A DNA stretch of 64,000 bases from Octopus sinensis (GCF_006345805.1 NC_043009.1:6386001-6450000), one strand, 5' to 3'; numbered from the stretch's first letter, positions 42,797-56,868 are shown. The notes: generated by a model not told the origin, from the sequence alone. Numbers and translations: made by a program.

Positions 42797-43097
42797 TTTT
42801 CTTCCTTCTCGAGCTATGCCTGGCTCATTAGGGCCGGTTTCCCGGTTTCCTTGACGTATAGGTTCCCCACCTGGACTGGACCCGGCCCGTCGCAGGTGAG
42901 CTGCAAGATGCACGAGGAAAGAGGGAGAGAAAGTTATGGTGAAAGAGTCAGCAGAAGTCCTCCATTACCTTCTGCCAGAGCTGCGGGGATCTTAGGTGTT
43001 TCGCTCATAAACGCACACATCGCCTGGTCTGAGATTCGAACCCGCGATCCCTCGACCGCGAGTCCGCTGCTCTAACCACTAGGCCATGTGCCTCCAC
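42797..43097 (-). mobile_element. tRNA-derived SINE, family C
   Basis: Minus strand gtggaggcacatggcctagtggttagagcagcggactcgcggtcgagggatcgcgggttcgaatc (A and B boxes), followed by ~230 bp body; relative at 47818-48122. Confidence 0.85.
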
Positions 43098-43762
43098 ATG
43101 CGTTTGGATTATTTTACCTATATTCGTAATAAATAGATATTTATAACAAAATATTGTACAATCAGAGATAATGTTTCGAAAGATGATTAGGACACCTTTC
43201 CAAATTCTACTCTGATGAATGGATGCATTGGGTCTAATTTACTAAACCAATTGAATCTAAAACAAATAATCAACTGAAACACATATGCCCTTACCCCACT
43301 CACGTATTTCATTTCGTTCTGAAATTAAAAATCTGTGCAATTCCTACTTAAATATTCACAAAACTATACCAACCCTGATGATGATATAATATAATATATA
43401 TATACTGGACATTACAATTTTGTCATATTGCATTACTGCATCTAATATACTTCACTTAGATGTTCATGAATATTTCCTTTGTCTCCTGTTTCCTTGTACT
43501 TTATATTTTAGATGCTATGTGATTATTCTTTGTACTGCCATTGCTACACAGAATTTTTCCTCTAATATTTAAGAACCGTCTAACATCAAGTTCATCAACA
43601 ACACTTGTAATCTAAAAATATAGGACTTTGCTAATAACGCCATAACAACTTTGCTCATAACGCTCATAACAACTTTGGTCATGACTCCTCAGTGGCGAAA
43701 ATTGTATTCCAAGCCGAAGCAATATATTTTAACTCACTACGTTCTCACTGAAACTCAATAAT

Positions 43763-43992
43763 TTCTTTATTGCCCACAAGGGGCTAAACACAGAGGGGAC
43801 AAACGAAGGCAGACAAAGGGATTAAGTCGATTACATCGACTCTAGTGCGTAACTGGTACTTTATTTATCGACTCCGAAAGGATGAAAGGCAAAGTCGACC
43901 TCAGCGGAATTTGAACTCAGAACGTAATGGCAGACGAAATACGGCTACGCATTTCACCCGGTGTGCTAACGATTCTGCCAGCTCGCCGCCTT
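43763..43992 (-). mobile_element. Young family A SINE with 16-bp target site duplication
   Basis: ACTGAAACTCAATAAT at 43747-43762 and 43993-44008. Confidence 0.92.
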
Positions 43993-44924
43993 ACTGAAAC
44001 TCAATAATCAGGTTTCGTTATCACCTTTCCCTTTCGTTGGTGTTGTATTTAAATCGTCTATATTGATGGGTTGCGTGTATTTGGAGGGAACTCACACACG
44101 CGCAGACGCACGGACGCTCACACTTAAACATACATATATCATGTGACGTACACAGTATAATGATATAAGCTACTAATAGTTACTTCCCTTAAGATGCCTG
44201 TCAAAGCAGATTTTATAATCGGTCTTATATCTCAAAGCAATCTTTGGTCTCCGAGGACATGGTCTGTTCTATTTTTAAAAAGGGTCGATTGAACTATCAT
44301 ACAACTCCTGCCTCAGTATGAAGAACATTATTTTATTCTCCCTATATCCTGTGAGAAAATGTCATCATTATGCCCTAAGATTAGATTGTTGACTAAGTAA
44401 ATGCAACACATCCAGTGGCAGACTGATTTTGTGCGTGTGTAGTTTTTGGTGAATGAAATTTGTTGAAGTTTATTCAGTTATGGTTTATATATATGTATGA
44501 ATCTATTTTCTTTGTTTATTCGTATTGGATCTATGGTATTGACTGGTCATGAGTAAAGGAGAAAGTCTCGGACTTTGGTGACTTAATTTTCGCTTATATA
44601 TCTATGTATCAACTCAATGAGATCCGTCTGGTACTAGGTCCTCGAATTTGTTGGCGATGAATACGTACCCTATTTCTGCGTGAAAGATTTGTTTCATCTA
44701 TATAATACTCGTTACATCCTTTACATTTAACAGCATATATTAAAATGTTTTAAAGAGCAGGTAAAATGAGTTGTTTTTTTTTTGTCAAAATTCTCTGACA
44801 AACTTATACGTTTGTCTTCAATGAGGTTAATGAAACTCCTTAAATATTAGGAGTAAACTGAACGGATTTTATGTTTGGTTACACGATATAGAAATCCCTG
44901 TGGATAAAACGGAATAGATGTAGT

Positions 44925-44946
44925 CACCTCTTCTTCTTCTTCTTAC

Positions 44947-45000
<54 letters not shown>

Positions 45001-45054
45001 GATTATTATTATTATTATTATCATAATCATTATTATAAATTGTAGAAGTAGTAA

Positions 45055-45107
<53 letters not shown>

Positions 45108-46109
45108 TCTTCCTCCACTTGTTGTTCTACTACTACGTCTACTTCTACTGCTACTACTACTAGTACTACTACTACTATTCCTACTACTATTACTACTGAT
45201 ACTACTACTAGTACTACTACTACTACTATTCCTACTACTATTACTACTGCTCCTACTACTGCTGTTGCTGATGTTTCTACTTTATCTTCTTCTCTCTGCT
45301 TGTTCCGCTATTCGTTCTGTCGTATTTCTTTCTTTTCCTTCTCTTTCCTCTTCATTTTCTTCGACGACGATGACAACGATGACGACGATGACGACGACAC
45401 TCACGGCGACGGCAACTACGATACAACGACCACGGTGATGCCGATCATGGCGATCACGATGACGAATATGATGACGATGATTAGAAAGAAGAGTTCAGTT
45501 AGAAACAAGGAATGGCATCCGAAGACAGAAGCATCTTCTACATAGACACCAGCTAAAGTGCCACTATTTTGGCTATGAATGGGCTGTCAACAACAGAAAT
45601 AATACTACGGTACAACTTCCCATAATTAGCTCAGACATTCTTTACATAGCAAGATGCCTTCATCCTTCGGAAAATTCCTTTGTCTGGATTCTATATTATG
45701 GAAACATTTGTTCTATGCTACATGGATTCTTTATCGGCTCTGATCATTTTTGCTTCTTTCTTTTTTTACTTCATAGTTGTTGATTGTTGTTGTTGTTGTT
45801 GCTGTTGTTGTTGTTGCTGTTCTTCTTCTTCTTCTTCTTCTTCTTCTTCTTCTACTACTACTACTGCTGCTGCTGCTGCTCTTCTTTCTCTTCTTCCTCA
45901 TCTTGTTCTTCTTCTATTCCTTCTATTTCTTCTTTTCCTTCTTCTGCTTCTTCTTCATCTTCTTTTTCTTCTTTTTCTTCTTTTTCTTCTTTTTCTTCTT
46001 CTTCTTCTTCTTTTCTTCTTCTTCTTCTTCTTCTTCTTCTTCTTCTTTCTCCTTCTTCTTCGTGTTATCATTATCATTATTATTATTATTATCATTATTA
46101 TCATTATTA

Positions 46110-46141
<32 letters not shown>

Positions 46142-47050
46142 TATTATTATTATTATTATTATTATCATTATTATTATCATTTCTTTCTTCTTATTTCCTT
46201 AGCTTAACACCATTATCATCTAATTCTTGCTTTTAACCTATTGAAGAATTTTATTCTTTGTCAGTTTTCATGTCATCTTTTCAATTTGTGATTATTAATT
46301 TTTTTTGTCTTCTTATTTATATATATGGTTTCCGCTTCTTATGTTCATCGTCATCATCGTCGTCATCATCATCATCATCGTCGCCGTCATCGTCGTCATC
46401 GTCATCATCATCGTCGCCGTCATCGTCGTCATCGTCGTTTTCCTCATTGCCGTTATTACCGTCTTCGCTCCGTCTCCGTTGCGGTTGTCGTCTGCGTCGT
46501 CGTCTCACCAATCACTAGCATCGTCGTCGTCGTCGTTGTCGTCATCATCATCATCATCACCCTCATCGTCATCATCATAATCCTCATCACCATTACCGAC
46601 GCCACCAACACCACCAACACCACAATCACCAACATCATCATCATCACCATCATCGTCATCATCGTCATCATCATCATAATCCTCATTTCCATTACCACCA
46701 CCACCACCACAATCACCAACATCATCATCACCATCAGCAGCAGCGGTATTCACATCATCTTCCTCAGCAGCAGGAAACAGCAGTAGGGGCAGCAGCAGCA
46801 GGGCCGTCATTATTATAATTACATACTTCTCGCTAATCTCCTGTTTTGTTTCCGTTTCGCTTTTCTCTTCGTCGAATTTTTTCGCCGCTATTGATGTCTA
46901 GTTCATTTCTGTTTTTTTTTTTTTACTGTCGGTTGCTCTACTTACTTTATTATCACTATTCCCATAACTACAACTGCTGCGCTTTTTCTGCCGCCCTACC
47001 ACTACTACTACTACGACAACGATGACGATGATGGTGACGATGGCGACTAA
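44925..47050. repeat. Mosaic of trinucleotide microsatellites (TTA, TAG/CTA, GAC/GAT, TTG, TTC, CTG, TCA/TCG, CAC, CAG)
   Basis: Directly visible; explains the homopolymeric ORFs at 44924-46810. Confidence 0.95.
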
Positions 47051-47817
47051 GGTAATAAATGCTATCAGGATTTCAAGTACGATCGTAACCTACGTCACTT
47101 ACTTGATATGGCCGTTTTCAAAAGAAATATGTCGTGCCTTCATCTAATTTGATATTATCAAACAACGTCGGTGCATCAGCATGGCCGCAGCTCTGAGCTG
47201 AAACTCAAGAAATACAAAAAAAACAAGCCCGAAATCAGTAAGCAAATGACGTATACCTTTCTGAGGCGCACCATGTTGATAAGCAAGGAGAAGGTAATGC
47301 AGTGACCAGTTTGGTTTTGCCTAACATTAACATTTCCAGACATTTTGTTTTTCGTCGCTTAAGTCATTGTCTGCCAGTTAAGTTATGCTCATATACAAGA
47401 ACTACTGCAGAGACAACCCAGTCACTTCAGAACTTTTTAATATCACGATGCACGTTAATCTAATCAGTATTCCCATATTCCTTCTTTTGTTGTTCTTGTT
47501 TTTATTTTTTTGCCACTGTTTCAATGGCTGTCTATAAATGTCACACAATAAAGTGCATGCGAACTTTTATTCTAGAATTGACTCTCCTGTAAACACGGTT
47601 TATGTTACTACTTCCTCACCAACGATATATTGCGAGGGTATTTAGTTTAATCCAACGGCTGGAAACAATCGACAACTTAGCCCTCGTGCAAAGCCCCGAG
47701 GTATGCAATTATGTCACGAAACATTATCTACACGAAGATATATAATGTACCCTTTATAATATATCCTTGTCTGAGCAGAGAAAGATGTAAAAGTTTTGTA
47801 TCTGTATATAACATTTT

Positions 47818-48122
47818 TCTTGCCCTTTTCAAGCCTAGCCAGGCTCATGCGCCCGGTTACACGGTGTCTGTGGCGTATGTGTCGCCCCAAGTTGGACCTG
47901 ACGCCAGTCCATCGCAGCGTTACTCAAGAAACAAGAAGAAAGAGTGAGAGAAGGTTGGGGCGAAAGAGCACAACAGGGGTCGCCACCAACCCCTGCCGTA
48001 GCCTCGTGGAGCTCTAGGTGTTTTCGCTCAATAAACACACACAACGCCCGGTCTGGGAATCGAAACCGCGTTCCTCCGACTGCGAGTCCGCTGCCCTAAC
48101 CACTGGGCCATTGCGCCTCCAC
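47818..48122 (-). mobile_element. tRNA-derived SINE, family C, with 12-bp target site duplication
   Basis: tRNA-like head on the minus strand; ATATAACATTTT at 47806-47817 and 48123-48134. Confidence 0.9.
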
Positions 48123-48279
48123 ATATAACATTTTACTAGATTGTAAAAGACGTACGAGCCGGACTAGATAGTATGTTGCTTTAGAATTTCTTTGGCGACC
48201 AATGTTCTTCCAGATTGGCATCACTTACTAACCCACAATACGAGCGGCTTAAAAATATATTGGTAGGACTAATTTGCTT

Positions 48280-49015
48280 ATATAATGTATCTGTAGCTCC
48301 GTAGAAGTTAGTTGCAGGTGAGAGAATACTATTTTATTTCAATGCAATTCTTTACTATACAAGGCATTGACAGTGGCGTATCCATCATTTTAGTAGTTTA
48401 TGCAAGATGGTAGTCTTAACTCAAAATGTGTTCGTATATAGAAAAGGAGCATTCTTTGATCTTTGGTAGGAATTTTTGCGGAACCAAATTACGTTTTCAA
48501 CTTCTTAAATGTACTGCATATAAATCCACTATTTTCTGCACTCCAGTGCACAAATACAGTGTTATTTTTTATTAAAAAATAACACTGTAATCCCACCTGT
48601 TTTGTCAAGTCAAACTTTGATACGTGTAACACACATGATACAAGTTATTTAAATATAATGGTAAGACTAATCTGCATACATAAGGCATCCGTAGTTTCAT
48701 AGTAGTGAGTAGTAGATAATACTGTTTTATTTCAATGCTATCCTGTATTATACAATGTATTAAAAATGGCGTTTACATCACTTTAAGCTTAGAGGTGTAG
48801 CTGGTTTAATCCTAAATATATATTTATATCCAAAAGAAGCGAAATCAATCGACATTTTTTATATCGTTGGTTGGAATTTTCCAGTAATTAAGTACCTCTT
48901 TAACTGCCTAGATATATTACTTATAAATCCACTATTTTGTATACTCTAGTATTTATAAATGACACTGGAATCCCGTTAATTTGTTAATTAAAAACTTTGA
49001 CATATATCTTAATCA
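48280..49015. repeat. Old tandem duplication, ~390 bp unit
   Basis: aatact.ttttatttcaatgc, ataaatccactatttt and aactttga are each present twice about 385-395 bp apart. Confidence 0.8.
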
Positions 49016-49734
49016 TGCTAATTGTTTCATCCAGTTTTCTTGGTCCCTAATATGAGCGCTCTCACAAACAGAGATTCTGTAAGTTAGTACAAATGCTACT
49101 CAGCTACTAATGAATCCCCAACATAGGACTGAAACCTGTGTATTTGATATTTATTTCTCTGTCTTTGAAAATATTGTAAACAAGGTGTTTGCATCAGGCT
49201 GTACATATATTATAGCGTTCAAATAATTTACTTTTAACGCATCGATAATTAGTTTATGAAGTCCCGTATAACCCGAACAGACAGGAAAATCTCGCCTAGA
49301 ATCATCGTAATAGTTGTTCAACTGATCAAAACTGACATTTGACTTGTGGTTCCGTTTTGATTAAAATGTTGAATGATCAATAATAAAAACAAATTGACAG
49401 GACAGAATTATTTTCCACAATGTATATTTATAGGACCACGCGATTTTATATAAATAATATACAATTTGTTGTATGCACATGATGTGTGCAAATTAAGAAA
49501 TAATGAAATTGTCGCAAAATAAGAGTTGGAATATATAAATTTACGATATAGTGTCTAGCAGCAAAAACGATAGTTTCTTAGAAAATTGAGGAATGACAAA
49601 TATCTCATGGAACGTATTACGTGATACAAAAGCTTCCATCCGGAAGAGGGATGTTCCCTTCCGAGTGATGAACTTCAGGTTTTGATGAGCTCCACCAAAT
49701 ATCCTAGAATATAGTATGGGACATGAAGAATCTG

Positions 49735-49854
49735 AAATAGTTCCGGGTTCAGTCCCATTGAGTAGAACCTTGGGCAAGTCTCTACTATAGTCTCAGGCCG
49801 AGCAGAGGTTTGTGAGTAGTTTTGGTAGAAGAAATCTGAAAGAAACACATCCTG

Positions 49855-49885
<31 letters not shown>

Positions 49886-50122
49886 TTGTGTGTGTGTGTG
49901 TGTGTGCGTGTGCGTGTGTATGTTTGTCCCCTGCCACTGCTTGACAACTGGTATTGTTATGTTTACGTCCCCGTAAATTAGCAGTTCAACCAAAGAAACC
50001 GATATTACAAATACCAGGCTTAAAAGGAAGGTAAGTGCAGGAAGCGATTAGTTCGACTAAAATTCCCCAAGACGGTGCTCCAGCATGGCCATAGTCTAAT
50101 GACCGAAACAATTAAAAGATGA
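49735..50122 (+). mobile_element. SINE family B
   Basis: gttccgggttcagtccc..ccttgggcaag..cggtgctccagcatggcc..aatgaccgaaac. Confidence 0.85.
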
Positions 50123-50370
50123 AATTTTACAACGCCTATCAAAAGTCAACGTCAAAGAGGATTGATTAAAAGTATTATCAGTAGATGTGTTAAGAGACTC
50201 CAGGGCTAAAGACTGAATTAGCTCTGGTCAGTATAACTAAGTATGCTAATGATATTCGCCTGGACTTTGGACTTTCAAACCTGAATATTCCAATTTGTTC
50301 CAATTCGAGAATTGCTTACATAATACATTGTTCCCATTTTCAAGACTGAGTGATATATTTGACAACCCAT

Positions 50371-50560
50371 AAGGCGGCAAGCAGGCTGAATCGTTAGCAA
50401 ACCGGGCGAAATACTTAGAAGTATTTCGCCTGCCGCTACGTTCTGAGTTCAAATTCAGCCGTGGTCGACTTTGCCTTTCATCCTTTCGGAGTCGATTGAA
50501 TAAGTACCAGTTACGCACTTAATCCATTAGTCCTCTCTGTGTTTAGCCCTTTGTGGGTAG
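50371..50560 (+). mobile_element. SINE family A
   Basis: Family A consensus. Confidence 0.87.
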
Positions 50561-51354
50561 TATATTAATAATATATATATATAACAGCCCTTCCAATTGT
50601 CCCTGTTGATACTTTAATGACAGCTTTCAATCGCAGGTAACATTTACTACAATCTTTTATGCCAACTGTCAAACAATACTTAAAATTAAAGAACCTTAAA
50701 GAGACGGATTGCAAATCACAATAAGAGGCTTGCAGTGAATTTGAACTTCCGCAGCAGTTCATAACCTAATTTCATATTCATTCGATATTTGCATCTCTAC
50801 ACAGCATGATATTGTGAAGTTGAAGAAACCGAATATAGATTGAGAGAATGCACCGCCATAATCTCACAAACATACACCTTATTATTGCTAGAAATCTATT
50901 TACGCTGAGTTTTATCAAAACCGATATTAGTGTTTGAAGCTAAAACACAAAATCATTAACATGTAAGAAATTCTTACGTATATTAATGACATTTACTTTT
51001 CTCTAGAGACGCAACAATAAATAATTTCGTTACCAATATCTGTGACATTTTAATTAGGCAAAATAAATGAAAATTGCTGTTAAACAATGGCTACAACTTT
51101 CACAGTAATCCTGTTAACACGTTTTTACGAAACTGTAGAAATATCGTTAAACTTAGATTCATTAATACATGTGGGTATTTTTCCTAATTTTTGTTTCTTC
51201 CATGATCGCTATATGTCACTTTATGCGCAGTGATTCACTAAGAATTAAATAGCTGGCAACGAAATATTTTATTCAAAATTTTAAGACAACGGATTTATAT
51301 GTGGAGAGATTCATATAACTTTTAATTTGTTTTTTATTTTCTAACGGGAAAGCA

Positions 51355-51745
51355 CTGAGCTGGCAGAATCGTTAGCACGCTGGGCGAAATGCTTAGCGGT
51401 ATTTCGTCAGCCGTTACGTTCTGAGTTCAAATTCCGCCGTGGTCGACTTTGACTTTCATCCTTTCGGGGCCGATAAATTAAATACCAGTCACGCACTGGG
51501 GTCAATATAATCGACTTAATGTTTGTCTGTCCTTGCTTGTCCTCTGTGTGTAGCCCCTTGTGGGTAGTAAAGAAATAAGTATTTCGCCCGTCACAACCTT
51601 CTGAGTTCAACTTCCGCCGAGGTCGACATTGCCTTTCATCCTTTAGGGGTCGATAAATTAAGTACCAGGTGCGTAATGTGGTCGATGTAATCGACTATTC
51701 CCTTCTCTCAAAATCTCAAGGCCTTGTGTCTTCAGTTGAAAAGAT
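51355..51745 (+). mobile_element. Family A SINE, partial dimer
   Basis: Full unit with long tail, then a restart at gtatttcg..ttctgagttcaa (~51580) with a different 3' end. Confidence 0.87.
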
Positions 51746-51954
51746 TATTTTCTTACGAGATTTGTAATTACTATAACCAAGAACTAAACGAAATCTTCGG
51801 TTGTAACCGATTTCAAATGCATTGCTATATCTTATAGAGATATATTTTCTCCAAACTGCAAGTGCATCTCCGCCATACCTTTTCTGAATATCTATCTATC
51901 TAACTATCTATATATACATACATTCATATATATATACATATACATATAAATATA

Positions 51955-51995
<41 letters not shown>

Positions 51996-52928
51996 TATAT
52001 ATACAGAGAGAAAAAGAGTGAGAGATGAATATATACATAGGATATACATATGTTATTGAAAAATTTCAAAATTAACTCAAATTTAATTTGAAAAACGAGA
52101 AGAAAAGTAGAGAACGATTTTTCAGTAGTAACACATTTCAGCATCGGAACCTGAAGCTAGTGTTACAAGGTTTCATAAATATATTGATGAATTTGTATTT
52201 ACGTGAAATTTCAAAAGAAACATTGTGAAATCTAATTTTCTTCACTCTAACAGAATGACTTTTCCAATGGAATGTCGCAAATGTCGGTTTACTGTGTTCT
52301 TCAACATTTCAAGATCTAATCGTATATATTTGATTATTTCATTTCTGGTTTTTTTTTTTGTTTTGTTCTCCTATTTCGGATTAATATTTTACACTAAACG
52401 AAACAGAGTTAACACCGAAAACAGATTTTGAAAAGAAAAAAATATATATATATATTATAAATGAAATATGAATAAATTGTAAATATTTAAATTATAAGTT
52501 TTGCAAAGGAACAGCATTATTCCAGCCTGTGGTATATAATTTTCATAACCGATATCTAATACATAAATACGCTGGACTCCCGAAGGCACTCGTCGAGTTA
52601 GATATTATTTCGATATTCTAATTGGTGTGTTTTCCTTTATCTTACAATGAAACTGTATTTACAAATTCCATTATATGCAAGATCCAACACAATTTTCCTC
52701 TTGCTTCTTGCTTCTTGCCTTTTGCTTCTTCCCCTGCTTCGTATTCATAATTCTTACTCATTTATTTCTTGTTTTTTTCCACGTTCCAATGCTTTCTCAT
52801 TCCTCTCTTCGTTTATCTCCTCTTTTGAACATATATTCTATTACTCAAACATCAATGAATTATTTGCCTCACTTGTAGAAAAGTTTTTTGTATGTATATC
52901 CGTGTATGCCTATATGCGCATATGGATG

Positions 52929-53002
<74 letters not shown>

Positions 53003-53334
53003 ATTTCAAAGAATTTTATTCAACTCCCTGCGACTTAAAGTTTCGCGGGTCTCTAACAGAAGCTCATCTCATTCAGTCTAAGTTCGGTAATCTAAGACTG
53101 AAAGAGACGCGCCTCCATCAGACATGCGAAATTTTAAGTCACATGGAAACTATTCAAAATGTTTTAGATAATACGGATAACTACTACTAAATGTTTTGAG
53201 TGCCTTTTCCTTTCGTTTGTCCACTCACTTGCAAATGTGTGTGGGGGGTGTTCACATGTGTGTGTTTTTGTGTATGTATCTGTGTGTGTGTGTATATGTG
53301 TAAGCATGAATGTAGGAATAAATATATACGTATA

Positions 53335-54040
53335 TAATATATAAAATTGATATAAAGAGCAGTTTCAAATGCTTCACCAAAAAGGAGAATTATAACTGTC
53401 ACTAAGAGTGAGTAGGGTGTTAGAAAACACCTACATTGCTAGAGATAAGAGCTAAACTGCTGTAATGATGTAGTTAACTCACAAAAATGAAAACATATCT
53501 ACTAACAGGGACCATAATCGTCCGAAAACTAGCAATCGAGAATTCCTAATAATGACGTCAGTTTCGGCAATTTCCTTCGCCTCATCGGTTCTCCTTTTGA
53601 ATGAAACTTTCCAAACTGCTGTTTATATCAATGTTATATATACATATTAGCGAATCGACGTCAGTATCGGGAATTCTTGTTCGGCACTTTTCGAACGATT
53701 ATGGTCCCTGTTAGTGTACATGTTTTCATTCATGTGTGTTGAGTGTAGCAATGGAGCGGTTTAGCTCTTATTTCTAGCAATGTGGGAGTTTCCTAACATC
53801 CTAGTCATATTTAGTGACAATTATACTTCTTTAAGTTTGGTGAAACATTTCAAGCTGCTGTTTATATTAATTTTATATATACACATTAATGAATCGCGAA
53901 ATCATCCAATAATTTGGATGGACAAAGCATGAAAACTAATGGCGAGGCGAGTGCAGAAGAAGGCAAAAGATCAACTGGCGTTAAATGATGAGGCAACGGA
54001 AATTTCCGAAACTGATGTCACTATTAGGAATTCTTATCAG
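53335..54040. mobile_element. Penelope-type rearranged terminal repeats (inverted arms 53335-53560 / 53656-53885) with two hammerhead-like cores
   Basis: Arms are reverse complements. Minus CCGATGA-GGC..GCC-GAAAC-TGAC-GTC at 53554-53588; plus ATGATGA-GG..CC-GAAAC-TGAT-GTC at ~53985-54019. Confidence 0.62.
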
Positions 54041-54897
54041 AATGGGCGGAGTGAGTTTTCGGAGCTGCCGTACATTCGTAATCACGATTAGACTCATCCA
54101 ACTCTACACTGTCCGAACATTTTGAATAGTTCGTATCGGCGATTCCGGCGCAAACACCAAGTAGTACAGCATGTCGTTTCTAAATTTCTGGCAGAGTGAA
54201 TTGAGTCTTTATGTTGGTTTTCTCACAGAAGGTGCCCAACTGACCATACTATATTGTGATATTGTGTAGTCGACAAAATCAAAATCAAACTGTGCGATAT
54301 TAAAAATATAAAATGGCAAAAACTTATATATATTCACTTCAATTCTCTGTCCGACACGTGTTTCTATTGCATATCTATAGTAGGGTGTGGCATTCAATTG
54401 CATCCTTTTGGTTGAATTGAATTATGAATTCATCCAACGTCTGCGTATCTATGCAAATTTATTGAAGGTACTACCACTAGGTCTCTGCAGCACAAGAATA
54501 GTTCGGTGTTTCATAATCTTAATCATGGTATACTTTTAGGGAGGGATCGTGTATTTAGTGCAGAGGATAGGAGAGGTTGCTGAGGAATACGATGGTGCAA
54601 TAAATTCTGTTTTCATTTAAAACTAGTGTAAAGTTTAACTTCTTAAAAGCAGGAGACTTATTAGTCAAGGAAGTGTAATTTGATCAAGATACGTTTCGCC
54701 CACAGGCCACTCTATGATTGGGGTAGAAGTGATTTTCAAAAATATTCAGATGTCTTAAGAGTAATTGAGAGAGCAGGGACTTATTTGAAGATAAACTCAT
54801 TTAAGTTGGTTAGAGTTTACATTTAGATTGTTAAAATATAACTATAAAAAATCTAAAATTAGAGCCTAGGTAATTCTTTCTCGTAAACTGATGCAAA

Positions 54898-55208
54898 AAC
54901 GTGGCAAAGTGGTAAGAAGTTTGCTTCCCAAACAAAGGGTTCCGGGTTCAGTCCCTCTATGTACAACCGTCGGCAAGTGTCTTCTAATATAGCCTCGGGC
55001 TGACCAAAGACTTGTGAGTTGATTTCATAGAAGGCTTGTCGTATGTGTGTGTGTGTGTGTGTGTTCTTTTATCTCTGTCTCTTACTACAGCTTGACAACC
55101 GATGTTGGTGTGTTTATGTCCCCAAAATTTAGCGGTTCGGGGAAAAGGGTAGAGTAACCACAAAGCTTCGAAGAAAATTAGTGTTGAGGTCGATTCATTC
55201 GACTAAAA
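54898..55208 (+). mobile_element. SINE family B, degenerate
   Basis: gtggtaagaagtttgcttccc..ttccgggttcagtccc..ttgacaaccgatgttggtgtgttta. Confidence 0.83.
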
Positions 55209-56567
55209 ACTATAAAGTTTCGTTTTATAGTTTGGCATTCGATTGTCTAATGAATATATTTTGTGCCTTTAATAGATTATGTTTTCGTTGGACTTCCATA
55301 GATTATCAGTTAATTGTCATATTATGCAAATTAGAACTTCGACCTAATTCATAGTGAAAAGCGTTTGCCACAAGCGTAACATTAATACAAATGTAGCTGA
55401 GTAAGTAATTCAGATTATGTATGTGTATGTATGTATGTATGGACACAACAAACGCACACACACACATACACACATATATATATTTATTTATCAGTATGTA
55501 TATAAATATCTTATCAATATATACTTTTCATACAACACTGAATTGAAATAACGTCGAGTATACATGCTTATATCACGAATAACAACAATAACTGTGACAT
55601 GAATATTTCGTCTCAGAGAAACAGAAAGTCCCTTTGGAGTTGTGTGACCCAGACGAAATATATGGTTCCATTATATTTCTGTTAAACCATCCAATCCTCC
55701 AATCAAGACGTAGTCTTTTGTGTATCGTCGGGGAAGAGGTTATTAACAATTATCCAGTCAACATCAGAACCAGCTGTACTATGGGCTCCACATTATCGAC
55801 TGCTGGGCTCTTTCCAAAATTTGAAATCAATTATCCAATCATGTGTTTTCTTAACTAAAGACCATCGTAGGAACATCGAATAAGATAAATTTTGCTGCTT
55901 CAGCATGGTCGTAGTGTAATGACTGAAAAGTGTAAACGAGAAAAGATTAAAAATTAATGAATACATTTCAGCTTCGCCTTTTTTATTTTTTTGCAGCCAT
56001 CTGAAGTCGAAAAAGTAAAGTACGAGCCAACATGGAGAGATCCCTTATCTTCAACTAATCTCACCCTATAGCTTCTGGTTTTTCCCGATATTTTACATGA
56101 GTTCATTCATCAAATATTTTGTGCTCGAAGGACTCACAATTTCTTTGTCCGTTTATCTTGGGCTATATGCATATACATGCACACAGGCATATGTATTTTC
56201 CTTTCCTCCTCTGAACTTCTGATAAACAATACAAATGTGATCTCGACGTTTTATTCAATTTCAGAATGATTTACAAAGATGGTGTTGTATGCCTAAAAGT
56301 ATAACGTGTTGCCTGGTAAGTAAGCTAAAAATTATAATACCTACAAATAAAATAAATTCCATGCACTTTATTGGTATTATATACAGAAGAAATATAAATA
56401 AATGTTTATAAAATAACAAGGAAATATTATTAGATTTTACAGTGGAGAAAAATCTATGCAAAAAATAGGTTTAAACTTTTAAACTCTATATTTACTTACA
56501 TTCCGACACTATTCTTTGCCTCACATTTTATTGTTTACCATCTTGTCTATCTGGCTCTTCAATTATA

Positions 56568-56686
<119 letters not shown>

Positions 56687-56733
56687 GTCTATCTATGTAT
56701 CTGTCTTTCTATATGTATGTATGTATATACATA

Positions 56734-56806
<73 letters not shown>

Positions 56807-56868
56807 CTTACACTCAACACAGTTACAGACACTACATCCACACATGTATGCATATATAACATATATTA

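Larger units (their letters stand above)
39600..44620 (+). pseudogene. GPCR-like pseudogene copy I
   Basis: WKC..FLIYKWP (~39645-39680), CSALFSADPNFR and SACPNN (~40382-40465), LKIC (~43325), MNISF and ILCTAIA (~43466-43545, TM2/TM3-like), FILPISC (~44332, TM5-like), LLKF..VM, LDLWY, GDLIF (~44460-44592, TM6/7-like). Confidence 0.5.
45570..49480 (+). pseudogene. GPCR-like pseudogene copy J
   Basis: GCQ..RCL..KIP-CLD (~45582-45689, cf. KLPCCPD in copy M), LIYKNYCRDN (47388-47417), weak TM5/TM6-like remnants at 49130-49360; internal tandem duplication. Confidence 0.38.
50560..55615 (-). pseudogene. GPCR-like pseudogene copy K
   Basis: KYSCHSYC (~55608-55585), FIFK..CSL and PIIEWPV (~54800-54705), YCTIVF (~54603), ILVTKLF (~51040), NKVYVCE (~50884-50864), KYCLTVGI (~50681-50658, TM3 start-like). 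Confidence 0.42.

Noticed and set aside
43020-43097. tRNA gene candidates (also 48045-48122 and the heads of families A and B)
   Set aside because: A/B boxes are followed by SINE bodies, some with target site duplications, and I see no convincing acceptor stem. They are SINE heads.
45680-46810. Poly-D/E/K/N/S/L ORFs resembling low-complexity proteins
   Set aside because: Open in several frames on both strands because they are triplet microsatellites; no unique coding flank.
55617-55858. Plus-strand exon candidate (LELCDPDEIYG..)
   Set aside because: Its 3' part is a SINE tail and the neighbouring motifs lie on the minus strand; insufficient support.
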